Assembly (NCBI RefSeq): GCF_006345805.1
Contig: NC_043000.1
Coordinates: 16,616,001 to 16,680,000, forward strand
DNA: 64,000 nucleotides
Direction: 5' to 3'
From: Octopus sinensis
Taxonomy: Eukaryota
The notes beneath the pieces are model-generated. The model saw nothing but the letters and a program-made list of their open reading frames with translations, ran no database searches and was not told the DNA's origin. Made by a program: the position numbers and the translations under genes. Below, in pieces: positions 11,784 through 23,700 of this stretch (position 1 is the stretch's first letter; each line of letters starts with the position of its first letter).

Positions 11784-14700
11784 CTTGTGAAGATGTTTTT
11801 TTCTTCTTACGATTTGATTTACGAGATTTCCGTGAAGACTTTTTTGTTGTGACCTCTTTAGTGGGGTCAGATAGAACGGTCGGTGTGCGAGAGTCTTGGA
11901 ATTGGAGAGTATCTTGGTCTGAAGTTGACTGAGATGATATGTGAGTGGAATATGAAATGTCCCCTTGCTGAGTAGTGCTACTTTGAGAGCGACTACTAGA
12001 AGGTGCATCGGGTTGTTGGGTGGAAAGATGGAGGATGGATACGTCACCCTGTTGATGACCAGAGAGCTCATCAGATTTTGGAAAACTGTGTGTGATGTGT
12101 GTTTGTTCAATGTTATAGCTACTACTTTCACCTGATTGACCAGTATGTTCAAAAGTATACTTGCATTCAGTGCTGCTGCTCTGTTGAAGACCTTGTCCAA
12201 AGCTATATTCAGTGCCCTGCTGTTCAGTACCTTGAACTAACTTGGACTGACCTTGTCCAGTGGAAAGGTCATCTTTTTGCGATTGAGCTCCCTCAGAGGT
12301 GGGGTTCTTTTGTACATGTGTCTGGACGACAGAGACTATTCCACCTTCCTCTTGAAGGTGACCAGCATCACTGTCAGACGTAAGGACAGTGGTTAGAATC
12401 TGACCACCAGTGGATACTTTATTACAATGAATGTCAACAGTTTTGTCACCAACTTGATTACCATTTTCACCAGTTTGAGAATCAGCATGACGTAAATCAA
12501 CTTGATGAGACTGAAGAGGAATATGTTGTTGAACATCTTGACCAGTGGACAGATGAAAACAATGTAGAGGAACATGTTTGGACACAGATGGGTCAGCAGT
12601 TTGAGGTGCAAGGAAAATTTGTTCGGTGACAGGGGGGTTAATATAAAAGCAGTATTGATCATCCCTATACTGGTCACTATGTTCGAGGTCATACTGACAT
12701 TCAAAGACATTACCTTGGTCAGTATGTCTGAGGCTATACTCGCATTCTTTGTTATCTCTATGTTGGTCAATATATTTGATGCTATATTGACATTGAAAGT
12801 CATCTTGTCGTTGTTCACTGTCTTTGAGGCCGTACCGACATTCACGGTCATCTCCATGTTGGTCAGTATGTTTGAGGCCATATTCATGGTCATCTCCATG
12901 CTGGTCACTATGTTTAAGGCCATACCGACATTCATGGTCATCTCCATGTTGGTCAGTATGTTTAAGGCCATATCGACATTCATGGTCATCTCCATGCTGG
13001 TCAGTATGTTTAAGGCCATATCGACATTCATGGTCATCTCCATGCTGGTCAGTATGTTTAAGGCCATATCGACATTCATGGTCATCTCCATGCTGGTCAG
13101 TATGTTTAAGGCCATATCGACATTCATGGTCATCTCCATGCTGGTCAGTATGTTTAAGGCCATATCGACATTCATGGTCATCTCCATGCTGGTCAGTATG
13201 TTTAAGGCCATATCGACATTCATGGTCATCTCCATGCTGGTCAGTATGTTTAAGGCCATATCGACATTCATGGTCATCTCCATGTTGGTCACTATGTTTA
13301 AGGCCATATCGACATTCATGGTCATCTCCATGTTGGTCACTATGTTTAAGGCCATATCGACATTCATGGTCATCTCCATGCTGGTCAGTATGTTTAAGGC
13401 CATATCGACATTCATGGTCATCTCCATGCTGGTCAGTATGTTTGAGGCCATATCGACATTCATGATCATCTCCATGTTGGTCAGTATGTTTGAGGCCATA
13501 CCGACATTCATGGTCATCTCTATGTTGACCAGTATTTTGAACTGACTTGAACTTATCTTGCCCACTGGATAGGTCATCTTTTTTGAGCTGTCCTTGGCAT
13601 GAGGTGACATTGAGATTTTGTACTTGTGCCTGAATGCTAGGGACAGCCCCATCTGAACTGACACTTCCATCAACATTATGATCTTCCTCTTGAAGGTGAC
13701 CAACATCACTGTCAGATGTCAGGACAGTGGTTAGAATCTGACCACCAGCAGATACTTTATCACAATGAACTCCAACAATTTTGTTAGTATCTTGATTACC
13801 ATCTTCAGTTCGAGAATCATCATGATGTAATTCAACTTGATGAGCCTGAAGAGGAAGATGTTGATGAACATCTTGACCAGTGGACAGATGAAAACTATGT
13901 AGAGGTATATGTTTGTTCGTGGATAGGTCAGTAGTTTCATGTGCAAGGGAAATTTTTTCGGTTATAGGGGGGTCAACATAATAGCAGTACTGATCGGCAG
14001 GAAAATTGTCAACTAAAGGATCTTGATCAACAGATAAGTCAATGGGCTTGCAACTATCTTGACCGGTGGAGAGGTCAACGTGATGCAGGCGTGAACCACC
14101 TGTTGGGGTGTCACTATGGAAGGAAGGCCGATTAGTTGAAAGACCATCACGATGATCCTCTTGGCTAGTAGGAAGATCAGCATGAACTGGTAACCCACCA
14201 ATGTATGTATTGCCTTTATTGGATGGTAAAGCAAAACCACGTGGATCAACACTGGAACTACCTTTATCTGTGAGCTGCTCAATACTTGACAGCTCTTGGC
14301 CTTCACCAATGTGAATATCTGCCTTTTTAAGTTGATCTCGACTTGTGGGAACTGGAATACCTTCACCAGTATACTGTTCCTGAGCAAGTGGAAATTTCAG
14401 GTCAGAGGATGTGACAGGAGACTGCATATCTACAATTTGAGAGGACATATGATGTATTCCTGGAGTAGAAACCACAGTCACACTACGAATGCCTTCAGGA
14501 GCAGGTATTACAACATTGTTTTCAACATCCTGACCAGCACGTAAACCAATGTTACCTTGTACATCCTGATGCGTAGGTTGATCAATATCGCTTGTAGGTC
14601 TCAGCTGACTATGTTGGTCAACTCTGTGTAGTTGTTCAAGATTACTTGGAACATCCACATGATAAACACCTGCACCAATGGACAGTCTATTACCATGATC

Positions 14701-17700
14701 ATCTTGAGCAGTGAATGGAGAAATAGGCTGGCCATATTGGTCAGTGGGAATATGAACAGCATCAGTATCTTGAGTGGATATTTTATTATATTGAACACCT
14801 GGAGCAATGGGCTGTTTGATTATATGATCATCTTGTTTAGTAGGCAATTGGCCTTGACTAGTAGGAAGATCAGGTGTTGTATGATATTCTCCAATAGACT
14901 GTCCAATAATTTCTGGGGTATCATGACGTGTAGTGACGTCAGCATTGCCTGCTGGTTTATCGACAGGCTGAGAGCCACCTTGAGAAGAAGGTTTGGCAGC
15001 ACGATGTAGCTGTTCTAGATCCACTGGAAGATCAACATGATAAACACCAAATGGACCACTAGGTTTGGCCACATCAATACTTTGCAGTTGTTTGCTGGCT
15101 GGCAGATCATGATACTGAAAATTATCTTTAGTTTTGGACATTTGTACCTGTGGAATATCTTGAGGAGAGAGTATTTCAATATTATAATCTTGATCAGGTA
15201 GAAGTTGTCGACCATGAAGAAGAGTGACATCACCTGTTTCAGTAGTATCAGCTGACTGACCAACAGGATACTCTCTGTCAACATAGTGCAAAGTTCCCGG
15301 AATAACAGGATGGTCAACAGGATAAACACTTCCACCAACAGAGCGTCTGATATTTTGATCAGTAGGAATAGGGACTTGCTGACCAATGTAACCAACAGAT
15401 GGCTCAACAACATGAATGTCTTTACGAGAGAGTGGCTCTACAGGTAGCTGGTGATCTTGACCTGGAAAAACATAAACAGGTGTGGTACGATACTCTCCAA
15501 TAGTGTGTTCAATACCTTCTGGGAAGTCTTGAGTACTTCGTATGTCAGCTTGAGTAAGTGATTTGTCAATATCTTGAGAGCTGACTGGACGGGAAGGTGG
15601 GTCAACACGATGTAATTGCTCAAGATCCACTGGAAGATCAACATGGTAGACACCAAATGAACCAGTAGGTTTGGTAACTTTAGTATCTGGCAGCACTTCA
15701 CCAGTTGGTACATCATAATATTCATCATGATCTTCAGGTTTCCTCATTTCTACGTGTGGAATATCTGGAGCAGACAGCTTTCCAATGTTATAATCTTGAT
15801 CAGATGGAATTTGTTGACTATATGAAATGTTGGTTTCAACTGGTTCAATGCTATCAACTGATTGATTGATAGGAAACTCTCCACTTTGAAAGGAAGGTTT
15901 CTCAACACGGTGCAAAGTTTCCAGAGCAACAGGTTGGTCTACATGATATACACCTCCACCAACAGAGCGTCTGACATTCCGATCAGTAGGAATAGGGACT
16001 TGCTGATGAATTTGATCAACAGATGACTCAACTACAGGAATGTCTTTACGAGAGAGTGGCTCTACAGGTAGCTGGTGATCTTGACCTGGAACAATATCAA
16101 CAGGTGTGGTACGATATTCTCCAATAGTGTGTACAATACCTTCTGGGAAGTCTTGAGTAGTTGGGATGTCAGCTTGAGTAAGTGATTTGTCAATATCTTG
16201 AGAGCTGACTGGACGAGAAGGTGGGTCAACACGACGTAATTGTTCAAGATCCATTGGAAGATCAACATGGTAGACACCAAATGGACCAGTAGGTTTGGTA
16301 ACTTTACTATCTGGCAGCACTTCACCAGTTGGTACATCATAATATTCATCATGATCTTCAGGTTTCCTCATTTCTACGTGTGGAATATCTGGAGCAGACA
16401 GCTTTCCAATGTTATAATCTTGATCAGATGGAATTTGTTGACTATACGAAATGTTGGTTTCAACTGGTTCAATGCTATCAACTGATTGATTGATAGGATA
16501 CTCTCCACTTTGAAAGGAAGGTTTCTCAACACGGTGCAAAGTTTCCAGAGCAACAGGCTGGTCTACATGATATACACCTCCACCAACCGAGCGTCTGACA
16601 TTTTGATCAGTAGGAATAGGGACTTGCTGATGAATTTGATCAACAGATGACTCAACTACAGGAATGTCTTTACGAGAGAGTGGCTCAACAGGTAGATCGT
16701 GATCTTGACCTGGGACAACATCAACAGGTGTGGTACGATATTCTCCAATAGTGTGTTCAATACCTTCTGGGAAGTCTTGAGTAGTTGGGATGTCAGCTTG
16801 AGTAAGTGATTTGTCAATATCTTGAGAGCTGACCGGACGAGAAGGTGGGTCAACACGATGTAATTGTTCAAGATCCACTGGAAGATCAACATGGTAGACA
16901 CCGAATGGACCAGTAGGTTTGGTAACTTTAGTATCTGGCAGCACTTCACCAGTTGGTACATCATAATATTCATCATGATCTTCAGGTTTCCTCATTTCTA
17001 CGTGTGGAATATCTGGAGCAGACAGCTTTCCAATGTTATAATCTTGATCAGATGGAATTTGTTGACTATACGCAATGTTGGCATCAACTGGTTCAATGCT
17101 ATCAACTGATTGATCAATAGGATACTCTCCACTTTGAAAGGAAGGTTTCTCAACACGGTGCAAAGTTTCCAGAGCAACAGGCTGGTCTACATGATATACA
17201 CCTCCACCAACCGAGCGTCTGACATTCCGATCAGTAGGAATAGGGACTTGCTGATGAATTTGATCAACAGATGACTCAACTACTGGAATGTCTTTACGAG
17301 AGAGTGGCTCAACAGGTAGATCGTGATCTTGACCTGGGACAACATCAACAGGTGTGGTACGATATTCTCCAATAGTGTGTTCAATACCTTCTGGGAAGTC
17401 TTGAGTAGTTGGGATGTCAGCTTGAGTAAGTGATTTGTCAATATCTTGAGAGCTGACTGGACGAGAAGGTGGGTCAACACGATGTAATTGCTCAAGATCC
17501 ACTGGAAGATCAACATGGTAGACACCAAATGGACCAGTAGGTTTGGTAACTTTAGTATCTGGCAGCACTTCACCAGCTGGTACATCATAATATTCATCAT
17601 GATCTTCAGGTTTCCTCATTTCTACATATGGAATATCTGGAGCAGACAGCTTTCCAATGTTATAGTCTTGATCAGATGGAATTTGTTGACTATACGAAAT

Positions 17701-20700
17701 GTTGGCATCATCTGGTTCAATGCTATCAACTGATTGATCAATAGGATACTCTCCACTTTGAAAGGAAGGTTTCTCAACACGGTGCAAAGTTTCCAGAGCA
17801 ACAGGCTGGTCTACATGATATACACCTCCACCAACAGAACGTCTGACATTCCGATCAGTAGGAATAGGGACTTGCTGATGAATTTGATCAAGAGATGACT
17901 CAACTACAGGAATGTCTTTACGAGAGAGTGGCTCTACAGGTAGCTGGTGATCTTGACCTGGAAAAACATCAACAGGTGTGGTACGATATTCTCCAATAGT
18001 GTGTTCAATACCTTCTGGGAAGTCTTGAGTAGTTGGGATGTCAGCTTGAGTAAGTGATTTGTCAATATCTTGAGAGCTGACTGGACGAGAAGGTGGGTCA
18101 ACACGATGTAATTGCTCAAGATCCACTGGAAGATCAACATGGTAGACACCAAATGGACCAGTAGGTTTGGTAACTTTAGTATCTGGCAGCACTTCACCAG
18201 CTGGTACATCATAATATTCATCATGATCTTCAGGTTTCCTCATTTCTACATATGGAATATCTGGAGCAGACAGCTTTCCAATGTTATAGTCTTGATCAGA
18301 TGGAATTTGTTGACTATACGAAATGTTGGCATCATCTGGTTCAATGCTATCAACTGATTGATCAATAGGATACTCTCCACTTTGAAAGGAAGGTTTCTCA
18401 ACACGGTGCAAAGTTTCCAGAGCAACAGGCTGGTCTACATGATATACACCTCCACCAACAGAACGTCTGACATTCCGATCAGTAGGAATAGGGACTTGCT
18501 GATGAATTTGATCAACAGATGACTCAACTACAGGAATGTCTTTACGAGAGAGTGGCTCAACAGGTAGCTGGTGATCTTGACCTGGAAAAACATCAACAGG
18601 TGTGGTACGATATTCTCCAATAGTGTGTTCAATACCTTCTGGGAAGTCTTGAGTAGTTGGGATGTCAGCTTGAGTAAGTGATTTGTCAATATCTTGAGAG
18701 CTGACTGGACGAGAAGGTGGGTCAACACGATGTAATTGTTCAAGATCCACTGGAAGATCAACATGGTAGACACCAATGGACCAGTAGGTTTGGTAACTTT
18801 ACTATCTGGCAGCACTTCACCAGTTGGTACATCATAATATTCATCATGATCTTCAGGTTTCCTCATTTCTACTGTGGAATATCTGGAGCAGACAGCTTTC
18901 CAATGTTATAATCTTGATCAGATGGAATTTGTTGACTATACGAAATGTTGGTTTCAACTGGTTCAATGCTATCAACTGATTGATTGATAGGATACTCTCC
19001 ACTTTGAAAGGAAGGTTTCTCAACACGGTGCAAAGTTTCCAGAGCAACAGGCTGGTCTACATGATATACACCTCCACCACCGAGCGTCTGACATTTTGAT
19101 CAGTAGGAATAGGGACTTGCTGATGAATTTGATCAACAGATGACTCAACTACAGGAATGTCTTTACGAGAGAGTGGCTCAACAGGTAGATCGTGATCTTG
19201 ACCTGGGACAACATCAACAGGTGTGGTACGATATTCTCCAATAGTGTGTTCAATACCTTCTGGGAAGTCTTGAGTAGTTGGGATGTCAGCTTGAGTAAGT
19301 GATTTGTCAATATCTTGAGAGCTGACCGGACGAGAAGGTGGGTCAACACGATGTAATTGTTCAAGATCCACTGGAAGATCAACATGGTAGACACCGAATG
19401 GACCAGTAGGTTTGGTAACTTTAGTATCTGGCAGCACTTCACCAGTTGGTACATCATAATATTCATCATGATCTTCAGGTTTCCTCATTTCTACGTGTGG
19501 AATATCTGGAGCAGACAGCTTTCCAATGTTATAATCTTGATCAGATGGAATTTGTTGACTATACGCAATGTTGGCATCAACTGGTTCAATGCTATCAACT
19601 GATTGATCAATAGGATACTCTCCACTTTGAAAGGAAGGTTTCTCAACACGGTGCAAAGTTTCCAGAGCAACAGGCTGGTCTACATGATATACACCTCCAC
19701 CAACCGAGCGTCTGACATTCCGATCAGTAGGAATAGGGACTTGCTGATGAATTTGATCAACAGATGACTCAACTACTGGAATGTCTTTACGAGAGAGTGG
19801 CTCAACAGGTAGATCGTGATCTTGACCTGGGACAACATCAACAGGTGTGGTACGATATTCTCCAATAGTGTGTTCAATACCTTCTGGGAAGTCTTGAGTA
19901 GTTGGGATGTCAGCTTGAGTAAGTGATTTGTCAATATCTTGAGAGCTGACTGGACGAGAAGGTGGGTCAACACGATGTAATTGCTCAAGATCCACTGGAA
20001 GATCAACATGGTAGACACCAAATGGACCAGTAGGTTTGGTAACTTTAGTATCTGGCAGCACTTCACCAGCTGGTACATCATAATATTCATCATGATCTTC
20101 AGGTTTCCTCATTTCTACATATGGAATATCTGGAGCAGACAGCTTTCCAATGTTATAGTCTTGATCAGATGGAATTTGTTGACTATACGAAATGTTGGCA
20201 TCATCTGGTTCAATGCTATCAACTGATTGATCAATAGGATACTCTCCACTTTGAAAGGAAGGTTTCTCAACACGGTGCAAAGTTTCCAGAGCAACAGGCT
20301 GGTCTACATGATATACACCTCCACCAACAGAACGTCTGACATTCCGATCAGTAGGAATAGGGACTTGCTGATGAATTTGATCAAGAGATGACTCAACTAC
20401 AGGAATGTCTTTACGAGAGAGTGGCTCTACAGGTAGCTGGTGATCTTGACCTGGAAAAACATCAACAGGTGTGGTACGATATTCTCCAATAGTGTGTTCA
20501 ATACCTTCTGGGAAGTCTTGAGTAGTTGGGATGTCAGCTTGAGTAAGTGATTTGTCAATATCTTGAGAGCTGACTGGACGAGAAGGTGGGTCAACACGAT
20601 GTAATTGCTCAAGATCCACTGGAAGATCAACATGGTAGACACCAAATGGACCAGTAGGTTTGGTAACTTTAGTATCTGGCAGCACTTCACCAGCTGGTAC

Positions 20701-23700
20701 ATCATAATATTCATCATGATCTTCAGGTTTCCTCATTTCTACATATGGAATATCTGGAGCAGACAGCTTTCCAATGTTATAGTCTTGATCAGATGGAATT
20801 TGTTGACTATACGAAATGTTGGCATCATCTGGTTCAATGCTATCAACTGATTGATCAATAGGATACTCTCCACTTTGAAAGGAAGGTTTCTCAACACGGT
20901 GCAAAGTTTCCAGAGCAACAGGCTGGTCTACATGATATACACCTCCACCAACAGAACGTCTGACATTCCGATCAGTAGGAATAGGGACTTGCTGATGAAT
21001 TTGATCAACAGATGACTCAACTACAGGAATGTCTTTACGAGAGAGTGGCTCAACAGGTAGCTGGTGATCTTGACCTGGAAAAACATCAACAGGTGTGGTA
21101 CGATATTCTCCAATAGTGTGTTCAATACCTTCTGGGAAGTCTTGAGTAGTTGGGATGTCAGCTTGAGTAAGTGATTTGTCAATATCTTGAGAGCTGACTG
21201 GACGAGAAGGTGGGTCAACACGATGTAATTGTTCAAGATCCACTGGAAGATCAACATGGTAGACACCAAATGGACCAGTAGGTTTGGTAACTTTAGTATC
21301 TGGCAGCACTTCACCAGCTGGTACATCATAATATTCATCATGATCTTCAGGTTTCCTCATTTCTACAAATGGAATATCTGGAGCAGACAGCTTTCCAATG
21401 TTATAATCTTGATCAGATGGAATTTGTTGACTATACGAAATGTTGGCATCAACTGGTTCAATGCTATCAACTGATTGATCAATAGGATACTCTCCACTTT
21501 GAAAGGAAGGTTTCTCAACACGGTGCAAAGTTTCCAGAGCAACAGGCTGGTCTACATGATATACACCTCCACCAACAGAGCGTCTGACATTCCGATCAGT
21601 AGGAATAGGGACTTGCTGATGAATTTGATCAAGAGATGACTCAACTACAGGAATGTCTTTACGAGAGAGTGGCTCTACAGGTAGCTGGTGATCTTGACCT
21701 GGGACAATATCAACAGGTGTGGTACGATATTCTCCAATAGCGTGTTCAATACCTTCTGGGAAGTCTTGAGTAGTTGGGATGTCAGCTTGAGTAAGTGATT
21801 TGTCAATATCTTGAGAGCTGACTGGACGAGAAGGTGGGTCAACACGATGTAATTGCTCAAGATCCACTGGAAGATCAACATGGTAGACACCAAATGGACC
21901 AGTAGGTTTGGTAACTTTAGTATCTGGCAGCACTTCACCAGCTGGTACATCATAATATTCATCATGATCTTCAGGTTTCCTCCTCATTTCTACATATGGA
22001 ATATCTGGAGCAGACAGCTTTCCAATGTTATAATCTTGATCAGATGGAATTTGTTGACTATACGAAATGTTGGCATCATCTGGTTCAATGCTATCAACTG
22101 ATTGATCAATAGGATACTCTCCACTTTGAAAGGAAGGTTTCTCAACACGGTGCAAAGTTTCCAGAGCAACAGGCTGGTCTACATGATATACACCTCCACC
22201 AACAGAACGTCTGACATTCCGATCAGTAGGAATAGGGACTTGCTGATGAATTTGATCAACAGATGACTCAACTACAGGAATGTCTTTATGAGAGAGTGGC
22301 TCTACAGGTAGCTGGTGATCTTGACCTGGAAGAACATCAACAGGTGTGGTACGATATTCTCCAATAGTGTGTTCAATACCTTCTGGGAAGTCTTGAGTAG
22401 TTGGGATGTCAGCTTGAGTAAGTGATTTGTCAATATCTTGAGAGCTGACTGGACGAGAAGGTGGGTCAACACGATGTAATTGTTCAAGATCCACTGGAAG
22501 ATCAACATGGTAGACACCAAATGGACCAGTAGGTTTGGTAACTTTACTATCTGGCAGCACTTCACCAGTTGGTACATCATAATATTCATCATGATCTTCG
22601 GGTTTCCTCATTTCTACGTGTGGAATATCTGGAGCAGACAGCTTTCCAATGTTATAATCTTGATCAGATGGGTTTTGTTGACTATACGAAATGTTGGCAT
22701 CAACTGATTGATCAATAGGATACTCTCCATTTTGAAAGCAAGGTTTCTCAACACGATGCAAAGTTTCCAGAGCAACAGGCTGGTCTACATGATATACACC
22801 TCCACCAACCGAGCGTCTGACATTTTGATCAGTAGGAATAGGGACTTGCTGATGAATTTGATCAACAGATGACTCAACTACAGGAATGTCTTTACGAGAG
22901 AGTGGCTCTACAGGTAGCTGGTGACCTTGACCTGGAAAAACATCAACAGGTGTGGTACGATACTCTCCAATAGTGTGTTCAATACCTTCTGGGAAGTCTT
23001 GAGTAGTTGGGATGTCAGCTTGAGTAAGTGATTTGTCAATATCTTGAGAGCTGACTGGACGAGAAGGTGGGTCAACACGATGTAATTGTTCAAGATCCAC
23101 TGGAAGATCAACATGGTAGACACCAAATGGACCAGTAGGTTTGGTAACTTTAGTATCTGGCAGCACTTCACCAGCTGGTACATCATAATATTCATCATGA
23201 TCTTCAGGTTTCCTCATTTCTACATATGGAATATCTGGAGCAGACAGCTTTCCAATGTTATAATCTTGATCAGATGGAATTTGTTGACTATACGAAATGT
23301 TGGCATCATTTGGTTCAATGCTATCAACTGATTGATCAATAGGATACTCTCCACTTTGACAGGAAGGTTTCTCAACACGGTGCAAAGTTTCCAGAGCAAC
23401 AGGCTGGTCTACATGATATACACCTCCACCAACAGAACGTCTGACATTCCGATCAGTAGGAATAGGGACTTGCTGATGAATTTGATCAACAGATGACTCA
23501 ACTACAGGAATGTCTTTACGAGAGAGTGGCTCTACAGGTAGCTGGTGATCTTGACCTGGAAAAACATCAACAGGTGTGGTACGATATTCTCCAATAGTGT
23601 GTTCAATACCTTCTGGGAAGTCTTGAGTAGTTGGGATGTCAGCTTGAGTAAGTGATTTGTCAATATCTTGAGAGCTGACTGGACGAGAAGGTGGGTCAAC

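Noticed and set aside
12660-13530. CRISPR-like array
   Set aside because: Units are contiguous and in-frame coding with no unique spacers, in a eukaryotic context.
12393-13709. Long alternative-frame and antisense ORFs over the 48-bp array (438, 323 and 213 aa)
   Set aside because: They are shadows of a repeat whose unit length is a multiple of 3 and lacks stops in those frames; they end near the array edges.
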